Source: Bugula neritina (Eukaryota > Animalia > Bryozoa). From it: DNA of 64,000 bases. Both the position numbers and the translations under genes were made by a program. The stretch is from contig OZ037765.1 of assembly GCA_964035545.1 (NCBI GenBank), positions 9,806,698 to 9,870,697 of the forward strand, given 5' to 3'. Positions 1 through 14,949 of this stretch are shown one piece after another. Position 1 is the first letter of the stretch. Every line of letters begins with the position of its first letter. The notes under the pieces are model-generated. The model was not told the origin of the DNA, did not search any database, and saw nothing but the letters and a program-made list of their open reading frames with translations.

Positions 1-2650
1 CGAATTCCATGTTATCTTTCAGCAAACTATAACAGAGTTGGACTGCAGTCATGGCTAGTTTATAGGACAAAGTCTATATAGGAATGTTTTAAATCAAATC
101 TAAGCCTAGCCAAAAATAGATGTTACTTGAGTTGACATGAATTTGCTTCATTCTACTTGTAAGTCTTTGCAAATCAGCACATGTCTTTATAATGTTCATT
201 TGAATATTTACATAAATTTAATTAAGAAAATTGGCAAGTGGTTATACACTCAAAAAGAATAAATTAGTAGCTATAGCTGCATTAAATTCATATTTACTTA
301 TAAATATTAAAATAGATGTTTCAATTCGAAATCACTTAATAATAGATTACAATAGTACAGGATAACTGGTTGTACTTTGGATATTTTTAGCTGAGATGCT
401 ATTCAAGTTATTCAAGTTTTGATATTAAGTCAAGGTCAAATGAGATATGGTATCTGCTTTCAGATTTTGAATTGCCTAATATTTAGAAACCTGCAGTAAA
501 TTAGCTGATGCCAATGACCTTGATAGGTAATTGCTTAGGTCAAGTAGTGAAGTTAATGAAACTCACTGGCCTATAGCTTTTACTTTTCAATTTAATGGAA
601 CTACACACATCATTTTAGTTGAAGAAGGAATCAAATAAAAATTCTATCTTATCATTTCATCATCAGTCATTGCATATTGTTTTACACAACAAGTTAATTA
701 ATAAGGAAGCAGCTGCAAAGAATAAGCCTGCATTATTGACATTCAATAGAGTAGAAATAACCCTCAAATCATGATATATTATGTCATTACAGTAAGGCTT
801 TCGCAACCTAATTTGTTAAATGTTGAGGATATGAAGCTAGCTAAAAATATGCCCAGTTGATTGAGGAACTCTTGACAGATACTGATGGCATACCAGGAAA
901 ATTGGGAGGACTTCTGATTGTAATTCTATTGAGTTGAACTAAAATGGTTTGGGTGGAAATATTTGAAAACGTTTTCTCTTTGGAATTGCTTACCACCAGC
1001 ACTTTTGAGCATTAGCATTCTGACTTCTATCAACAAGTGATTAATTATGAACTTATAATTATTCGATCAACAGTGAATAATTATATATGGGAGAAACAAT
1101 GGAGAAGAAAGGTGTGGACATTTAAAAGATGAAAGAAATATTCATCCTAAATTGCTAATGAAGGGTGGGGATGGGAAGGTATGAGTAAGAAAAATCACGA
1201 ATTCATGATTAATTATGGGTTGTCTTCTGTTTGTAAGACACTGACTGTTACAAAACAATATAGAGTCTCTATAGAAACTCGTTGCCATAGTTACCAATTC
1301 TGGCAGTTTTACCAGCTAACATATAAAACAAGAATTAGTAGAAATGCGCTTTTTGCAGGTTTGATGATAGGCAATTAAAATACTAACACAAGATAATCTT
1401 GAGCTTTATACTGGACCACTTTAGCATGATGTAAGTAATGGCCAAGATATATTATGAGTTGTAATAACATTGAGAGCTAGTATGGCTCATAACGTATTAT
1501 AGCTCATAATAATATATTACTGTTCATATTATATTAGAGCTCATAATGTAGTATCAGAACAGTAATACAAACAGAGACATATATCAATATGACTCTGTGC
1601 AATGAACTGTGAATGGTGATATCCAAAAACTTTGACCTAGCAACATTAATAAAGTGCAGACTATGCTATTCTGGTCTGACTCTTGCCGTATCTCACAACT
1701 TTGTGCCAATTTGAGCTGTCAGTTAAAGTTGAATTAAGTTTCAGGGCAAGACTGGCATTTGATAAACTCGCTATATTGAGTCTGAACTATTTCAACACAA
1801 TGGTTACAATAGAGCAGTCAATCAATGTCATCTCTATAGCAAGCCTTATATAGCCTATAATTATATTCATAAACTTGTAACGATATCTGCTTGACACTAG
1901 ATGTATCGAACTTTCTGTGGTCATTTCTAATTTAGAATGATCACTTTTTCATGTGCAAACTACCCCTACAGCGTTTATTCAGCTTTATGATTGGTCTTTA
2001 ATTAGTTTTACGCTCTCCCCCTCCCCTCGCAGCCATAAAAACAACAAACCGCAAATCAGAAGATTTGAATTTAACTCGTCTTTAAAGGTAGTCTTATAAT
2101 GCCTGGCTAGTTAATTGAGTCTGCAAGCAATTTTGTAATGAAATTATCATATTTTAAAACTCAGTTGAAAATTATTATTATTTGTGACTACAAGACTTGG
2201 AAATAAAATAGACTATAAAATATTTGTAGGTAGCTTTTCCAGGCCAAAAACATTTATACGTACAACAGAACAGTGCTTTATTATTTATAACTTGCTTATT
2301 TTCTTCATAAAAGACAGTTCATCCAAAAGTAACGAAATAAATAACTATATTAAAAACTACTTTAAGTTTATTTTCTAAGATAGGTTACACAGCTGCTCTC
2401 CAGTCTTTATACATTTTTTTAAAATTAAAAGTGCCATTTAGTTTAATCAGTTATATATTACTAAGATACTAATAGTTCTGTGGCAATACAGCCATAAAAA
2501 TATACAGTTAGGGTAAATTTAAAAATTTGAAGTTTTTCAAAATTGTTCAAAATTAGAATTTTTAAATATGTGGTAATATTTCTGTGTCAAAACCTAAGTT
2601 CAATATAAAATTAAATATATATTTATTATTTTAGTTCTAAGAGTACTTAC

Positions 2651-2872
2651 ACTTAACTTGACCGCATACATTTTTTACACCATCTAGATAAATAATCAAT
2701 TGCTGCGCATTTAGGAAATTTATATGTTTATAGGTCGTGATACCCTAAGGGCTAAGAGGAAGTACAAAGTATTGTGTACGTAGCAATACTCACTTTCAGA
2801 GCCATCATCAGCAAAGCACAGAGTAACAGCTAGTGCTGCTAGAGTAAATAGGAGAAAGTTCTTGTGCATCAT
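2651..2872 (-). CDS. 5' exons of an unidentified secreted protein (signal peptide); remainder of the gene not resolved
   Basis: Exon 2872-2794 encodes MMHKNFLLFTLAALAVTLCFADDGSE (basic n-region, hydrophobic core, small-residue C-F-A cleavage site) and ends at a phase-1 GTGAGT donor. A 110-bp intron leads to a pyrimidine-rich TATCTAG acceptor and a 33-nt exon 2683-2651 (NGVKNVCGQVK) ending at GTAAGT. Upstream TATA and Inr support a real first exon. Confidence 0.6.
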
Positions 2873-2924
2873 GTAAGGCAAGTCCTGGCAGGTGGGTGAC
2901 TGGCTTAGGATGCTTTCTCTTCTA

Positions 2925-2960
2925 GACTGAATCTCAACAAGCTGTAGGCTGGAATATATT
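2925..2960 (-). promoter_or_regulatory. Candidate core promoter (TATA-like + Inr) of the secreted-protein gene
   Basis: Minus-strand TATATT starts at 2958 and TCAGTC initiator lies at 2930-2925 (A at 2928): -30 spacing, 56 nt upstream of the ATG. Confidence 0.5.
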
Positions 2961-4482
2961 GCAAAGTGGGCTGTCCTTGCCTGACCCCAGGGTCGGCATG
3001 AATGTAAAACAGACCTGCCCAGCACATTTAATTTTACCACAGATCTGCCACATCATCTCTTGTAAATCCTGTCCACAAATGATGGACTCCTTTTAAAATT
3101 AGCTCATTGGTTGGTTGCCTCTTATAATAGATGCATTAACCAATAATATTTAAATTGTGAAACATATTTCTATGTTAGAATTTTTGCCAAAAAACTCTAA
3201 GTGATTAAGAATTGTGTTTAGTATTTTTAAAGGAGTATGGCATTATTTACATGTAAGTCATAATGTGATAGAAATTTGTTTTTTTTATGATATTCGATAG
3301 CATAAGCAAATATATTGTAAATTAGTCAAAGATAGCACTTAAGTGAAATCAATTACCACTGTAGACTAAAGAATATTGAATTGACTTTGTGCAGTTTTGA
3401 AGATTATGACTATAATCAACTTTTCACCTGCCAATAAAATGCTAACTAATTTACATGGCTCTAGAGTTTGGATTAAAATTCATTGTTACCATCTTTAGCA
3501 ATAAACATATAATCTGTTATTTTTGTAGCTTAGGTGTAAATAAATACTCTATTCCTTTCATATTCTTCAAAAAACAAAATTAAGTGGACATTATAGTTTA
3601 ACTTTCAGGGGCAAGCAAAATTAACCTAAACTTTAAATTTTGTCTATAAGTGAAAGAATAGATATATTAATAAATTACCAAATTTTTTTCAAATCAAGAA
3701 CTCATATTGATGTTCTAGCTATTCATGCATATTGTTTCTGTGCTAAAATGGGTGATGGAGTTACCACAACTTATTACTTTTATGCTTAGATATGATTTTG
3801 CACATTAATACTCCAACAAAGTGAACCTAGAAATTATATTATTCTCAATATATTGTTATTCAAATAGCTAAACATTGCACTCACTGTACAATAAATATAA
3901 GGTTCACAAATAATTATGATATATTGTTCTATTATTTTGATTTCAACCGGTATGATGCAGTATATTGGTATATAAATCTATGCTCAAATTCCATTTAACT
4001 GCATGCTGAGAAGTTCATTTAATATTGAAGCATAATATTATGTAGCAACACACTGCCCGCATAAACTGTAGTATACAGCTGGATGTTTGAAGCATCTAAT
4101 CTGATGGTTCTAAAAAAAGACAGTCGACCTAATGTTATCATTAGCCTATTTGACATTCTAAATGCAGCAATTTGAAACAGCAGATGGCTGGTTGCCCATC
4201 ATTATCTGCTACTTCTAGAATTTTCAAGCATCAATACCCAATGTCATTTACATGCATATATAAGCAGATCTTAGACACGTAAAAAGAAAAACTAACGTAG
4301 GTACTGAAAGCACACCAACTTCTAGTATGCACATGTAGTTTATGTCTCTAAATAGATGTCAGATATGATGTTATAGCTTCGGAAATTAGCTTTGGCAGAA
4401 CTCCTGCAGGACAGAGATAAGCTCTTTTGAATGTATATATAGTAATAATAATGCTAGTATGCAATGAAGAAAAAAGTTTTCT

Positions 4483-4861
<379 letters not shown>

Positions 4862-6013
4862 AGAAATAGAGTAACTAAACCAGCCTATTTGTGGTAGTTT
4901 TTATATGCAGGCAGATTAACAAAAGGAAACATTTTAAGCCTCAAGGCTTGCAAACTAGATAAAGACTTAATTGAACATCACTGAAGTGAATGAATGCAAA
5001 GAAATAGCTTGTAACCAGTGTGTACTCTTCTTACACTAAGTTTTACGTAACTACATGCTTTAGATTCCACTGTGTATTCTTATTGCTGGTTTTCCATAGT
5101 TGTTAATGACAATTGTCAAAGCTGTATCAAACCGAAGTTTTGTGCTGATCAAAAATTTAACAAAAGTCTCTGCTTGCAAGACCTTTATTATCAATGTCAA
5201 GGTCATAGATGTAATTGCTCTCTAGTACCGTGAAACATGTGTTTATAAAGATGATGTGCTATGTTTTTATAGTATGCATGTATATTAAACGTGCAAGTTG
5301 TAATTTAGAAAACTTAGATGAAGCAGTTAGATTTTATGATAACCTACATGCTTAATATAGTATAGTTATAGTTTCACTAATAGCAAGCGGTTAGCTCAAT
5401 GTACATCTAAAATGCATTGTTGTAATTATACCTATAGCCCATTAAGATTGCATGTAGGTCATTGGCTTATTGTTTATGTTATTAATTATTCGCTATATAT
5501 TGTGAAAAGTCGTTGCATTACTAATAATATCTTATTGTGATTCTGTACTACACTAATCCACTTTAGAATGCAAGAAACACAAAAACTTTAAATTTTAAAA
5601 TATGTGCTGTTGCTATGGCCTGCTCACTTCTCTTTGTACGAGGTTGATATAATAGTATACCCTGGAAGACAAGAACACAACCACCTTATTATTAAGACCA
5701 TCAACCCCTGTTTTCATAATTTGCTTATATAATATTAAGGTGTAAGTAGGCATTGCTAATGCAAATAAAACCAATAAAAGCAACAATAATAATTGTCTTG
5801 CATGCTTTATGTGAACTGCGTGGTTGAAGTCTGTAAGAATGATTAACTAGGGCAGAAGCTTTCTCAGGAAACTTATTGGAGCAGCTAACAAACTGGTAGA
5901 TTAGTTACAGTGAAAAAAAGCAACTTTTTTGGCACTAATGCTTTTTGAAGTCAGAAATGCATTATTGAGTTATGTATGAATATTGGCCAATTGAAAGTTT
6001 GGATAAACTGTAT

Positions 6014-6163
6014 TAGGCCCATGCAATAATGGAGAAATTGAAATAGCCTAAGTTCTTTAATTTTTTATTAAAGTTTTGTTTGGGGTGAAGGTTGAAAATG
6101 TTACTTCTTTTGGTACATTTCTAATCTAGAACACAGGCATTTCTCCAAAACCGCACCTGCCTC
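6014..6163 (+). mobile_element. Degenerate copy of the ~160-bp inverted-repeat (MITE-like) family
   Basis: Shares TTTGGGGTG..GGTTGAA..ACTTCTTTTG.TACAT.TCTAAT...ACAGG with copies at 31239-31407, 41003-41140 and (reversed) 18077-18210 and 41951-42005. Confidence 0.6.
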
Positions 6164-6777
6164 TGCTGTTGCTGCATGAAGCTTATAGTTATAATGTTAG
6201 TGCAGGTGATTCCTCCATAGCTACTAATCTAAGGCTTTCAATTCTGATAAAAGAACCTATTGTTATGGATGACCGCATTTACTCATTATAAGGTGGTTGG
6301 CAGCTATTAATAAATTATTTTAAATCTAGCAGTTGAGTCTCTACTAGAATGTAGGGTTGATAAAAAGTATATCATAACAGAAATGTTTCAATTGGGAACC
6401 CTGCCATATATTTTTGCTTGAGCTGTGTTTTATGTTATAAATAGTCTTGCTCATACCTAAGAATAGATCTTTAGATATGAAAGTGGCTCGAATATTCAAT
6501 TACTTTGAATGTTTGAGTTTTATAATAGCGATAACATGAATTCAATAGGAATACAAGTAAGCTTTTGTTGAGGTTTGCATAAACTTGAATATAACCTCCC
6601 AATTTGAATCAAATATAGAGATGTAGGTTTCTAATTAGCTCAAGTTTTAATATAAAGTTTGGCATTTATGTTTAGAGTCAGATTGCTTTTATACAAAACA
6701 GAATTTAGCCTTCCACTAACAATTAGAAACTCGGTCAACAGCTAGTGCTCATGTGGACAAGTGTATCAGGTGCTTGT

Positions 6778-6882
6778 TGTAAAATAATTCCCCTATTGGG
6801 AATCGAACCCACAGACCTTCAACTTGCAAGCCAGCATGCTAACCATAACACCACAGGGCTACTGGGGATCTCAACACCACAC
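6778..6882 (-). mobile_element. tRNA-derived SINE-like repeat, family A
   Basis: Minus strand has A-box-like TGGTGTTATGGTT, a GCTTGCAAG loop, B-box GGTTCGATTCC and a T-rich end; homologous to 9305-9489, 31778-31881 and 39240-39344. Confidence 0.7.
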
Positions 6883-9304
6883 TTGCAACATTGTAGTCGA
6901 AAACATTTACAGCAACCAAAAAGACTGTATAGAAATAATCTGGGGAAATTTGCACTCACTTCAACGATTTAGACTCTGATTTAGTTGCTGTCAAGTATGG
7001 CTGCACTGCAACCTCATCCATCATCTGTCTCGTGAAGTGTGCTATTTCCTAGGTGTCTGCTAACTCATCACACTTCTCTAACTTGTCTATTATTTCAAGG
7101 AGGTACTTTATTAGAATTAAGTCATTAGATAATACATGACTACCCTTGCTATGGCACTCTACATCATCCCACTGCTTAATTTCAGACAGTCAAGCAAATA
7201 AAATGGAGAATATATCAAAATATCAAAAAAGGATACACTACTTTTTTAGATAAATGCTAAAGATTTCCATAAAACTATGGACAGGTTTCAATCTAAAGGA
7301 GTAACCTAGTCACTGGTCCTGACGCAGATTTAGGGTTCAGGCTTCAAATAAGCAGCTAGTGGCAGTTGAGAACTGCAGTTATTTTAAGGAAACCCAAGGC
7401 CCACAGGCTAAGAGTTACTAAACCTCTACAGCCAATTAATTAGAGATGTTGGTACTTGTAGGATTAAATTTCTACTTTTTTAGCTAATTGAGAATTATCT
7501 AATAGATTTGATGCAGGCTTACCTTGATGTTATGACCTAAGACTCACATATGAACTTTTTAACACAATTTATCATATATAAACATTGATAAGTTGATAAT
7601 TTAACTTTTTTTTCAATATTTTCACTTCAACAAATACTATAAACTATATAATTTTATTAGCACGGAAATGCATTGACTTTGACTTCTAGGAAACATACAC
7701 ACTGAACCAGTAGCCTACCCGTTGAATCACAGTAGGTTTACCAACTTTTACGCCATATATTTTGTTTCCTTATATCCGCAATATCCTATGAACTCAATCT
7801 ACAGCAGTTACATGTACTCTTGAGCATCCACAATTTTACCTCATTAATTACATTCATATATTCAGTACTTATATGTTTTTAACATCTATTCATTTTGAGT
7901 GATTTAAATCTTAACTAATAGTAATCAGTTATTGTGTGCAGTTTTCTGCTGCATGGTCAAACCTTTTGGAGGGGGGGGAGGGAGAGGAGTGAGGGGAATT
8001 ATCGGAATGGCTGTAAATCATATCTGTTGGCACCTGCTTTACTTTCAAGCTAAATGCCTATAGCTTTATATACTCCTGTATAAATTTTGAGGTGCAGCTT
8101 TACTCATCATGACTAATTTAGATTCACTAAAGGTGGGGTTAAAGTACTTGGGTTTCCATGGTGAGTATTGTGAATCTATACATATATACCATATCATTTG
8201 GTGTGGACCAGCCCATGCATTGCTAAGCAGCATGCTGTAAGTTGAGATGCATCCAATTGATGGGCTGACAGTGACATTCGAAACTAAGGCGCACCAGCAT
8301 AAAAAATATTTCAGAAAGTAAGCCACACTACTAAAAAATAGTAATAGTAATAGTAATAGTAATTTTGGTGTTAATTTTAGAGTAAATAGGTGAGTGCAAA
8401 ACATTTATCAGCATTAAAAATATTATATATACTCAATTTTCTCATCCATTTCCATCAACCACATTATGTGTGTGGATTAGAAAACACGTTCATATTTTAA
8501 TCAATCTTTAATACTTGTTGGAGACTTGCCTGCAGTCAGGTTATCAAGATAAGGCTGAAATATTTTATACCAAGAAGTAGATTTCTATGCACTGAAAAAA
8601 GAAGATTTACATTGATAACTTTTAATCAATGCAAAGTATAGAATCTCACTTATATGCCCTCTTTGTGGCTAGTTGTAAGGCCCAATTCATGTTATTCAAT
8701 TGCCTAAAAATTGACACGATAATTTATGTTCTTATCTCCTCTTATACCAGCATACCAGCGTCTCAAAGAGCAATCACCCCTTCACGTGACAATAATGCAC
8801 GTGGAGGCAGCCTAACATTCACTACCCCCACTCATGAATGCACGAGTGAATGCCCTTCAATGCTTTCACTGCTTTCAATTCAAGCAGAAGGAAACACTAT
8901 GAACTTGCAAAAGGTTGCCTATGAAAGAGCAGTGTAGCGTGCGTTTATTAAGACAACTATAAAAATAGCTAATCATAAAAACCTATGAGGATATCAAATA
9001 GATTATGTGATCTCAAATGAAAAGAGCTGGAAGACTTTCTCAAATACTATTATATGTTGTAGTCACAGGTGTGAATAGGGCAAAGCACTGCACATACCGG
9101 TTATTCAGTCATTTTGCAACTCAAAGCAGTTCTTATTTAAAATTAGCAGGAAACCAGCTGCAATCCAGCACACCATAATCCGTGCCTTGTGAAATAGTAG
9201 TGTTTTGCAAAAATTGTTTTGTAGGTTGCATTGAGTGAAATGGTTCTGTAACAAACTTCATTTGTTGTATTTATTTCTTCAACTCTGCTGTTATGGTAAA
9301 AGAT

Positions 9305-9489
9305 AACCATCCTTCAACCCGGAGTCAAACCGCAGACCTCCAATTTGCAAGTCAGCTAGTTGCACTATGAATCGTTCTATAAGCAGCTCTGAGTGCGGTA
9401 GTTTGGAGTTCTTGAGAGTTCACTCCCAACTTGGAGCTGTTTATAAAACAATTCTTACACTATAGGGGCTATTGGGCAATCACCGCACA
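9305..9489 (-). mobile_element. Family A tRNA-SINE copy interrupted by an 86-bp MITE
   Basis: Two halves (GGAGTCAAACCGCAGACCTCCAATTTGCAAG and ACACTATAGGGGCTATTGGGCAATC) match family A; the insert occupies 9369-9454. Confidence 0.6.
9369..9454. mobile_element. 86-bp MITE with ~21-bp TIRs and a near-perfect 9-bp TSD (Mutator-like)
   Basis: Ends GAATCGTTCTATAAGCAGCTC and GAGCTGTTTATAAAACAATTC are inverted repeats; flanks are TTGCACTAT and TTACACTAT. A related sequence starts at ~38043. Confidence 0.65.
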
Positions 9490-10119
9490 ACAAATAGGAA
9501 ACCACTTTTTAGTGCCTTACCAGACTTATCAGGTGAAGGTATTCTATTGGCCAACAGCAACTGGCTGTCCACGTTTTCTGAACAGTACTCTTCAATCCTA
9601 GCGACTAACATCTCTTATGTGAGTTATTAGTCATCCCCATATTTACCTGTATTATAATATTTATGCATTAAAACAGGATATGAAGCCAAAAACTGCTGTA
9701 TCTGGTGGAACAGCCCAGGATACGTCATAGACTAGTAACTCATTTATACTTATCTTATGGATGGTAATCTTGCGCCACACCCTGTTATAAATATGTCACC
9801 AGCTGTATAACGCTGTTACTTGTACATGCAAATTACACACGTTCTCCGCAGAATATATGAATACATAAGTATGCTGAGGACTATCAAGAGAGGTCTACTG
9901 GCTCTTACTGCCAACTACTACTCCATTGAGACTTTAGATAAGAAAAATATATCAAGATGTTTGACAGTTGTACTTAACTTTTTCGAAATTACTTCGACGT
10001 TTTAGTTCAAGTCAACCTTTCGAGAAGTTCACTCTCCAGGCAGTGCACCTCACCCAATGCAATCCAGCTAACTGTAACACAGCATATAAGAATATTTTCC
10101 AACACAATACCAAAACTAA

Positions 10120-10560
10120 GTGTAGGGCCACACGACGCGTTTTACACGAGTGTGTTGTGCGAGAAAACCCATTTAGCCCAAAAATTGGATTTTCAAGCGT
10201 CTAACATGCTGAGCGAGAAGTGCGACACGCTTGTGCGACACAGTTTGATCTAATTGGCTTATTGCCATGTAATATTTAGCGAGCACATTTTTTTATTTTA
10301 ATTTACGATTTAACTTTTAGCGAGCTGAATTACAACAGTTTTATATAGTTTGCATTTCCGCTTTTATAATATCCAAATTCGATGAAGTAATTTAAAAACA
10401 AACGTCTGTAGGCGAGCAGTAAAGTTTAACGCTAACATCATTGGCTAATAAATTTTTGCACTCGCAACACACGCACTGTGTGTGGCAGGTCACTAGCATG
10501 TATTCTAATGGGATTTCTCGCACGGCACGGTCGAGTAAAACGCGTCGTGTGGCCCTACAC
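10120..10560. mobile_element. PIF/Harbinger-type MITE, 441 bp
   Basis: 26-bp perfect TIR GTGTAGGGCCACACGACGCGTTTTAC, extending imperfectly to ~50 bp; TAA on both flanks (10117-10119, 10561-10563); no meaningful ORF. Confidence 0.85.
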
Positions 10561-13500
10561 TAAGGGTTCAAAGCACTGAGTGCTGCACATATAAGTATTT
10601 CAGGGGACTATAAGTTATTATGATGTCTGTATTCATTGCATTGTATGTGCATTGAATTTAGTTATGCAATAGGTTACTGTCCACCTTAGTTTGATGATAT
10701 ATTTCAAATTTATACACAAAAATTATTCTTATATCAAATATAAAATTGCTTAAACACTAGAATAAAAAAAGTTATGATATTTATTTCCAAATTACCAATT
10801 AGGAGTGAGAGTCTGAAACATGGCCAGCCAATCAACTATGAAGTTCTGCAAATTAAACTCTCATCTCTCATTGAGCTCTTTTTCAGTTTATACCCTTTAC
10901 CTGTGCATTAGAAGTCAATTCATATTCTATGTTTTTCTTTGCACCTCAATATACCAGGCTTGGTGTTCATTCAGCTAATTTGCATAAGAAGTAGCGATTT
11001 AGTACAACCGGAGTTCCACCATTAACCCTAGCCAACTTTCTATAAACCAGTTAGTGGGCTAGTAATATTGATATGTTATATATACTTGTTGGTAGTGGAA
11101 GTAGTAGTCAAACTAGTACACAACTTTACTTATAGTAGCTGTGGGCAGTTGCAACAAAAAATAATTCTGATGTAAATTGCGGCTTCTAACTGAGCCAATT
11201 GTCTGTAATGAGAGGTGGTAACCACTTTCTTAGACTCCATTATTTAGCATATTCCTAGCTGTAGTGTACTAGTGTATCGTGTATATAATATGCAGATATC
11301 CAAGTAGGAATATATTGTGAATGTGATAAGCATTCACTATGCCATAATGCTTTGTAAATGCTACGGTAATGAGATGACTAATTAATTTCGTCCTGTGAAA
11401 TTATTGCTGATGGTATAACTTAAACGTTTAACAGAAAGTTTCGAAATACTTGTATTTGCCATTAATGAACTTTTGGCATGCAAAAAGTTTCATATTATAC
11501 TCTCTAATTGCATGTCATGTAGCTGCATGATATGACAATTAGCAGCAAATGGGTGGTAAAATCATTGACCATGTTATACAACATGTCAGTTTGCATTCAT
11601 CATTAAAGTGAAGGTTAAAAATATAATTAACTTGAAGTAGAACAAGCTAAACTTTTATTTGCAAAAAAAGGAAGACTTGCAAATAAATTTATTCAGATGC
11701 TGAAATATATATGTCAATCAGCTTTTTATATAAACTTTAGTCATGGAAGTTGGCAGTAAATAGCAGTCAATTTATACTAGGAGAAATGAAAGATGGCAGA
11801 TCATTACTGCGTAGGTATCATTACAGTTTGATATGATATGGTTATTAGGCATATTATATACTGTTATATATACATTGTTTTCTTATACAATGATATATCT
11901 ATAATGTTATAATAATATAATGATGTATTATAATGTAGTGCTATGTAATGCTATTAAATCATATAATGTGTTACATGAATTCAAGAATATAGCTTGAGCT
12001 CTAGTTGTATCATGTGAGAGGAGGTAGGGGGCTACCAAGGTCGTCTCGCTAGTTTTGAGTTTATGACTTCTAACTTGGACAAGCAGTTGATGTAAAATAA
12101 ACAATTTAAAAATGGAGGCTTATTGAATAAAGATGTAAGTGAAAAAGTTATAAAGCTTCAATACTCGTCTTGGAACCAAAATAATTATCTTCACTTGCAT
12201 CCAGGAATGCGTAGGATGTCAATTGAACGTGACAAGTAGGCAAGGCTTCGTTAGAGGACAAAGGGTGGTGCCTGTGCAAATTTAATGCTTTTAAAAACAT
12301 AGAAAACTGGTTGACTAGTAGAGATTAATGGTACATAAATTGCAAGTTAATTGCATTGAGTATGTATCTAATCAAGGGCTGGCTACTTCCATCACAAGTC
12401 AGCTATAGTTGAGTGCTATAGCTCCGGTTGTTAAGGCTTTGTGCAACAGATAGGATGGGTGAGCCTTACTGAATCATTGTGGGTCGACTAATTTGGTTAT
12501 TTAATTACCATTTCTGCTAAAATACTTGAGAAAATTAGTTTTCAGAGAGTGTCTTGTACCATTCTGCTCTTTGCTTATTTTTAGATTTGAAAATATTACC
12601 AAATCTAAAAACCATTACTGAATTGTCAACAGGAAACCCCTGTTTATATTAGAATGATTGCTCCACCCTTTTATCTCCAGCATTAAAATTAATGAATAAG
12701 TTTAATTGTAATATAATTATGCTAGATTTTTACCCTAATTAAGCTGAGAATAATTATTATCCATAGAATTATAAAACGTTAAATATGTTTACATAATGTA
12801 GTGGCAAATGATTATTTTAATACAAATAAAGAGATATCACATGGTGTTACACACTGGAAGTCAGGAAGAGTTCCAAGGCTTGCGCTTATCACGGAGTGGT
12901 AGTCATGCACTAAGTAAAACCGCCTTTAGTAAACAACAACAAGCATCACATGACAGTATAAATATTTGAATTAAATTTGGTGAACACTTATATCTGGTGC
13001 TAAGGGGCTATGTTTTGAGATATACTCAATTTGTAAAATGAAAAAGTGGGACAGTGCTTAGCACTTTTGTGGTATGATTTTTAGCCTTCTAGTCAAAATA
13101 TCACATAATGACTCTTGGGTATTAAACCATAAACCGGCAGTAATTGAGTTGTAGTCTTAACAAATCAAATATAAAAGAGGGCACAACTCCTTCCAGAAAT
13201 GTTTAAGCATATTCTAAAAGGCAATTATCAACCAAACAATCCATTGCCCTGGTTATCCTAACTAAGTATGCATAGAGAAACACCTGATTAATCTTGTCAT
13301 TTTATAGCCATTATATTTATTATTAAAAATAGGGATTAACTGCATAACCTCAAAGCTCAAAGCCGCATATTACTTAAAGTCTCTTTTTAGTAGGTTTTCA
13401 TCATGAAAAAATTGGAGCTTTGAAAATGTTCACTTTTCACATTTGCTCTATTATTTTGCACTTATTTCGATTATATAAGGATGCGGAAGCTTTGCAATCA

Positions 13501-14949
13501 ATTCCTCTTACATCTGCTGTTTCACATGCTATGTAAATGCTTGGTGCACGTTTTATAACACGTTTTACAAAAGAGAATATAGATAATATATAATTAATTT
13601 GCTAATTATGTTCATGTGAACATGTCTTAACCACACACACCTCTATTTATTTCCTACAAAAATCATCTTTGCTTCTTCCTGTTTTTCAATAGAATTTTTT
13701 CTACTTACAGCTCATCAAGTCTTCAAGTCAACTGTCCATCAACTCTTGCAACAGTAGTCAAGGCTTGGTGACTGGCGTTCATTAGCACCCAATAGTTACT
13801 CCTTTAAAGGTACAATGCTGCTAAATTATACGGGCTACGACCTAACTATTGTGAATTTACCATTGTACCATGCTAGTAAAACTTTAAAAACTTGCAAAAA
13901 AGCTGTTTTTTTCTTTTTAATGGAATTTAGGGGTTTAGTGAACTTTAAAGTCATTATTATCAATTTCTTGACAAATTACTTAAATTGAAAAACAAAATAA
14001 TCCAAAACCTGTCTGCGTGTCTGGTTTATTTAATAAAATGATTTATATATCTCTTGATAAGCTCGGCTATAAATCTCTTCAGATATAACATTTACCTTCA
14101 GGTGAACTGCACATCAATTACAGCATTAAATTGAAATTTATATCCACAGACTATGTTATATGAACTGTGGAAACTTTGTTATTATATATCCAAGTCATCT
14201 TTGCCTGTTCATGCATCAGTGATGCACATCATGCAGATTTATCTGCTAAAGTCACAAGTAATGACTAGGGTTTTTAGTATAAGAAACCAGAAAATGAGCC
14301 GCATTAATACTAAAGAAACATTAGCTGATAAGAGCCTGATAAGTTATACTAGAATTGTGTTTTCAAAGATTTCTAGTTTGTCTAATTCCCTTCGCACTCG
14401 CACAGGACTACTGTGGTGAAAGGTGACCACCTAGTTTATCTGATTCATGCTCTTTCTACCTACTCATATCTATATGAAATATTATTTTACAGAATTGTAA
14501 ATATGTAATCTTTCAAGACTTATTGCCGGCAAGAAATTTAGAAATTAAGCTGCTTTATGCAGATTTCAAGCAGTCAAACTGCTGAACAAAATGATCTTGT
14601 GATGGAGTCCGTTTGTTAAGTTTGGGCTTTACCTGTTTGTTATGTTATTCTCACCAATTGCATGTTGTCTGCAGTAAAACCATTAGCAAATTATACAATA
14701 GGCTATACTGGCAACACAGGTAACTTCCACAGAATAATTTTATTACAAACACAATTCACTGCAGGCAAAATTCTTCTCCACGTGACCCAAGGGTCAGTGA
14801 AAAGGGCAGACAACAACAGGGCTGGTTCGAAAAATATGCAAGCCATTACTTCAACTAATAGAGGAAAAGCAAGCTATGCTGCACCAAATCAGAAGGAAAG
14901 GTCTACTTGAAAATGAAGTGTCTTTTCAGAGATACAACGAAAAACTAAA

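Noticed and set aside
9520-9740. Possible exons on either strand
   Set aside because: Open in several frames, one implied intron is only 49 nt, and there is no recognisable homology, so it cannot be supported as CDS.
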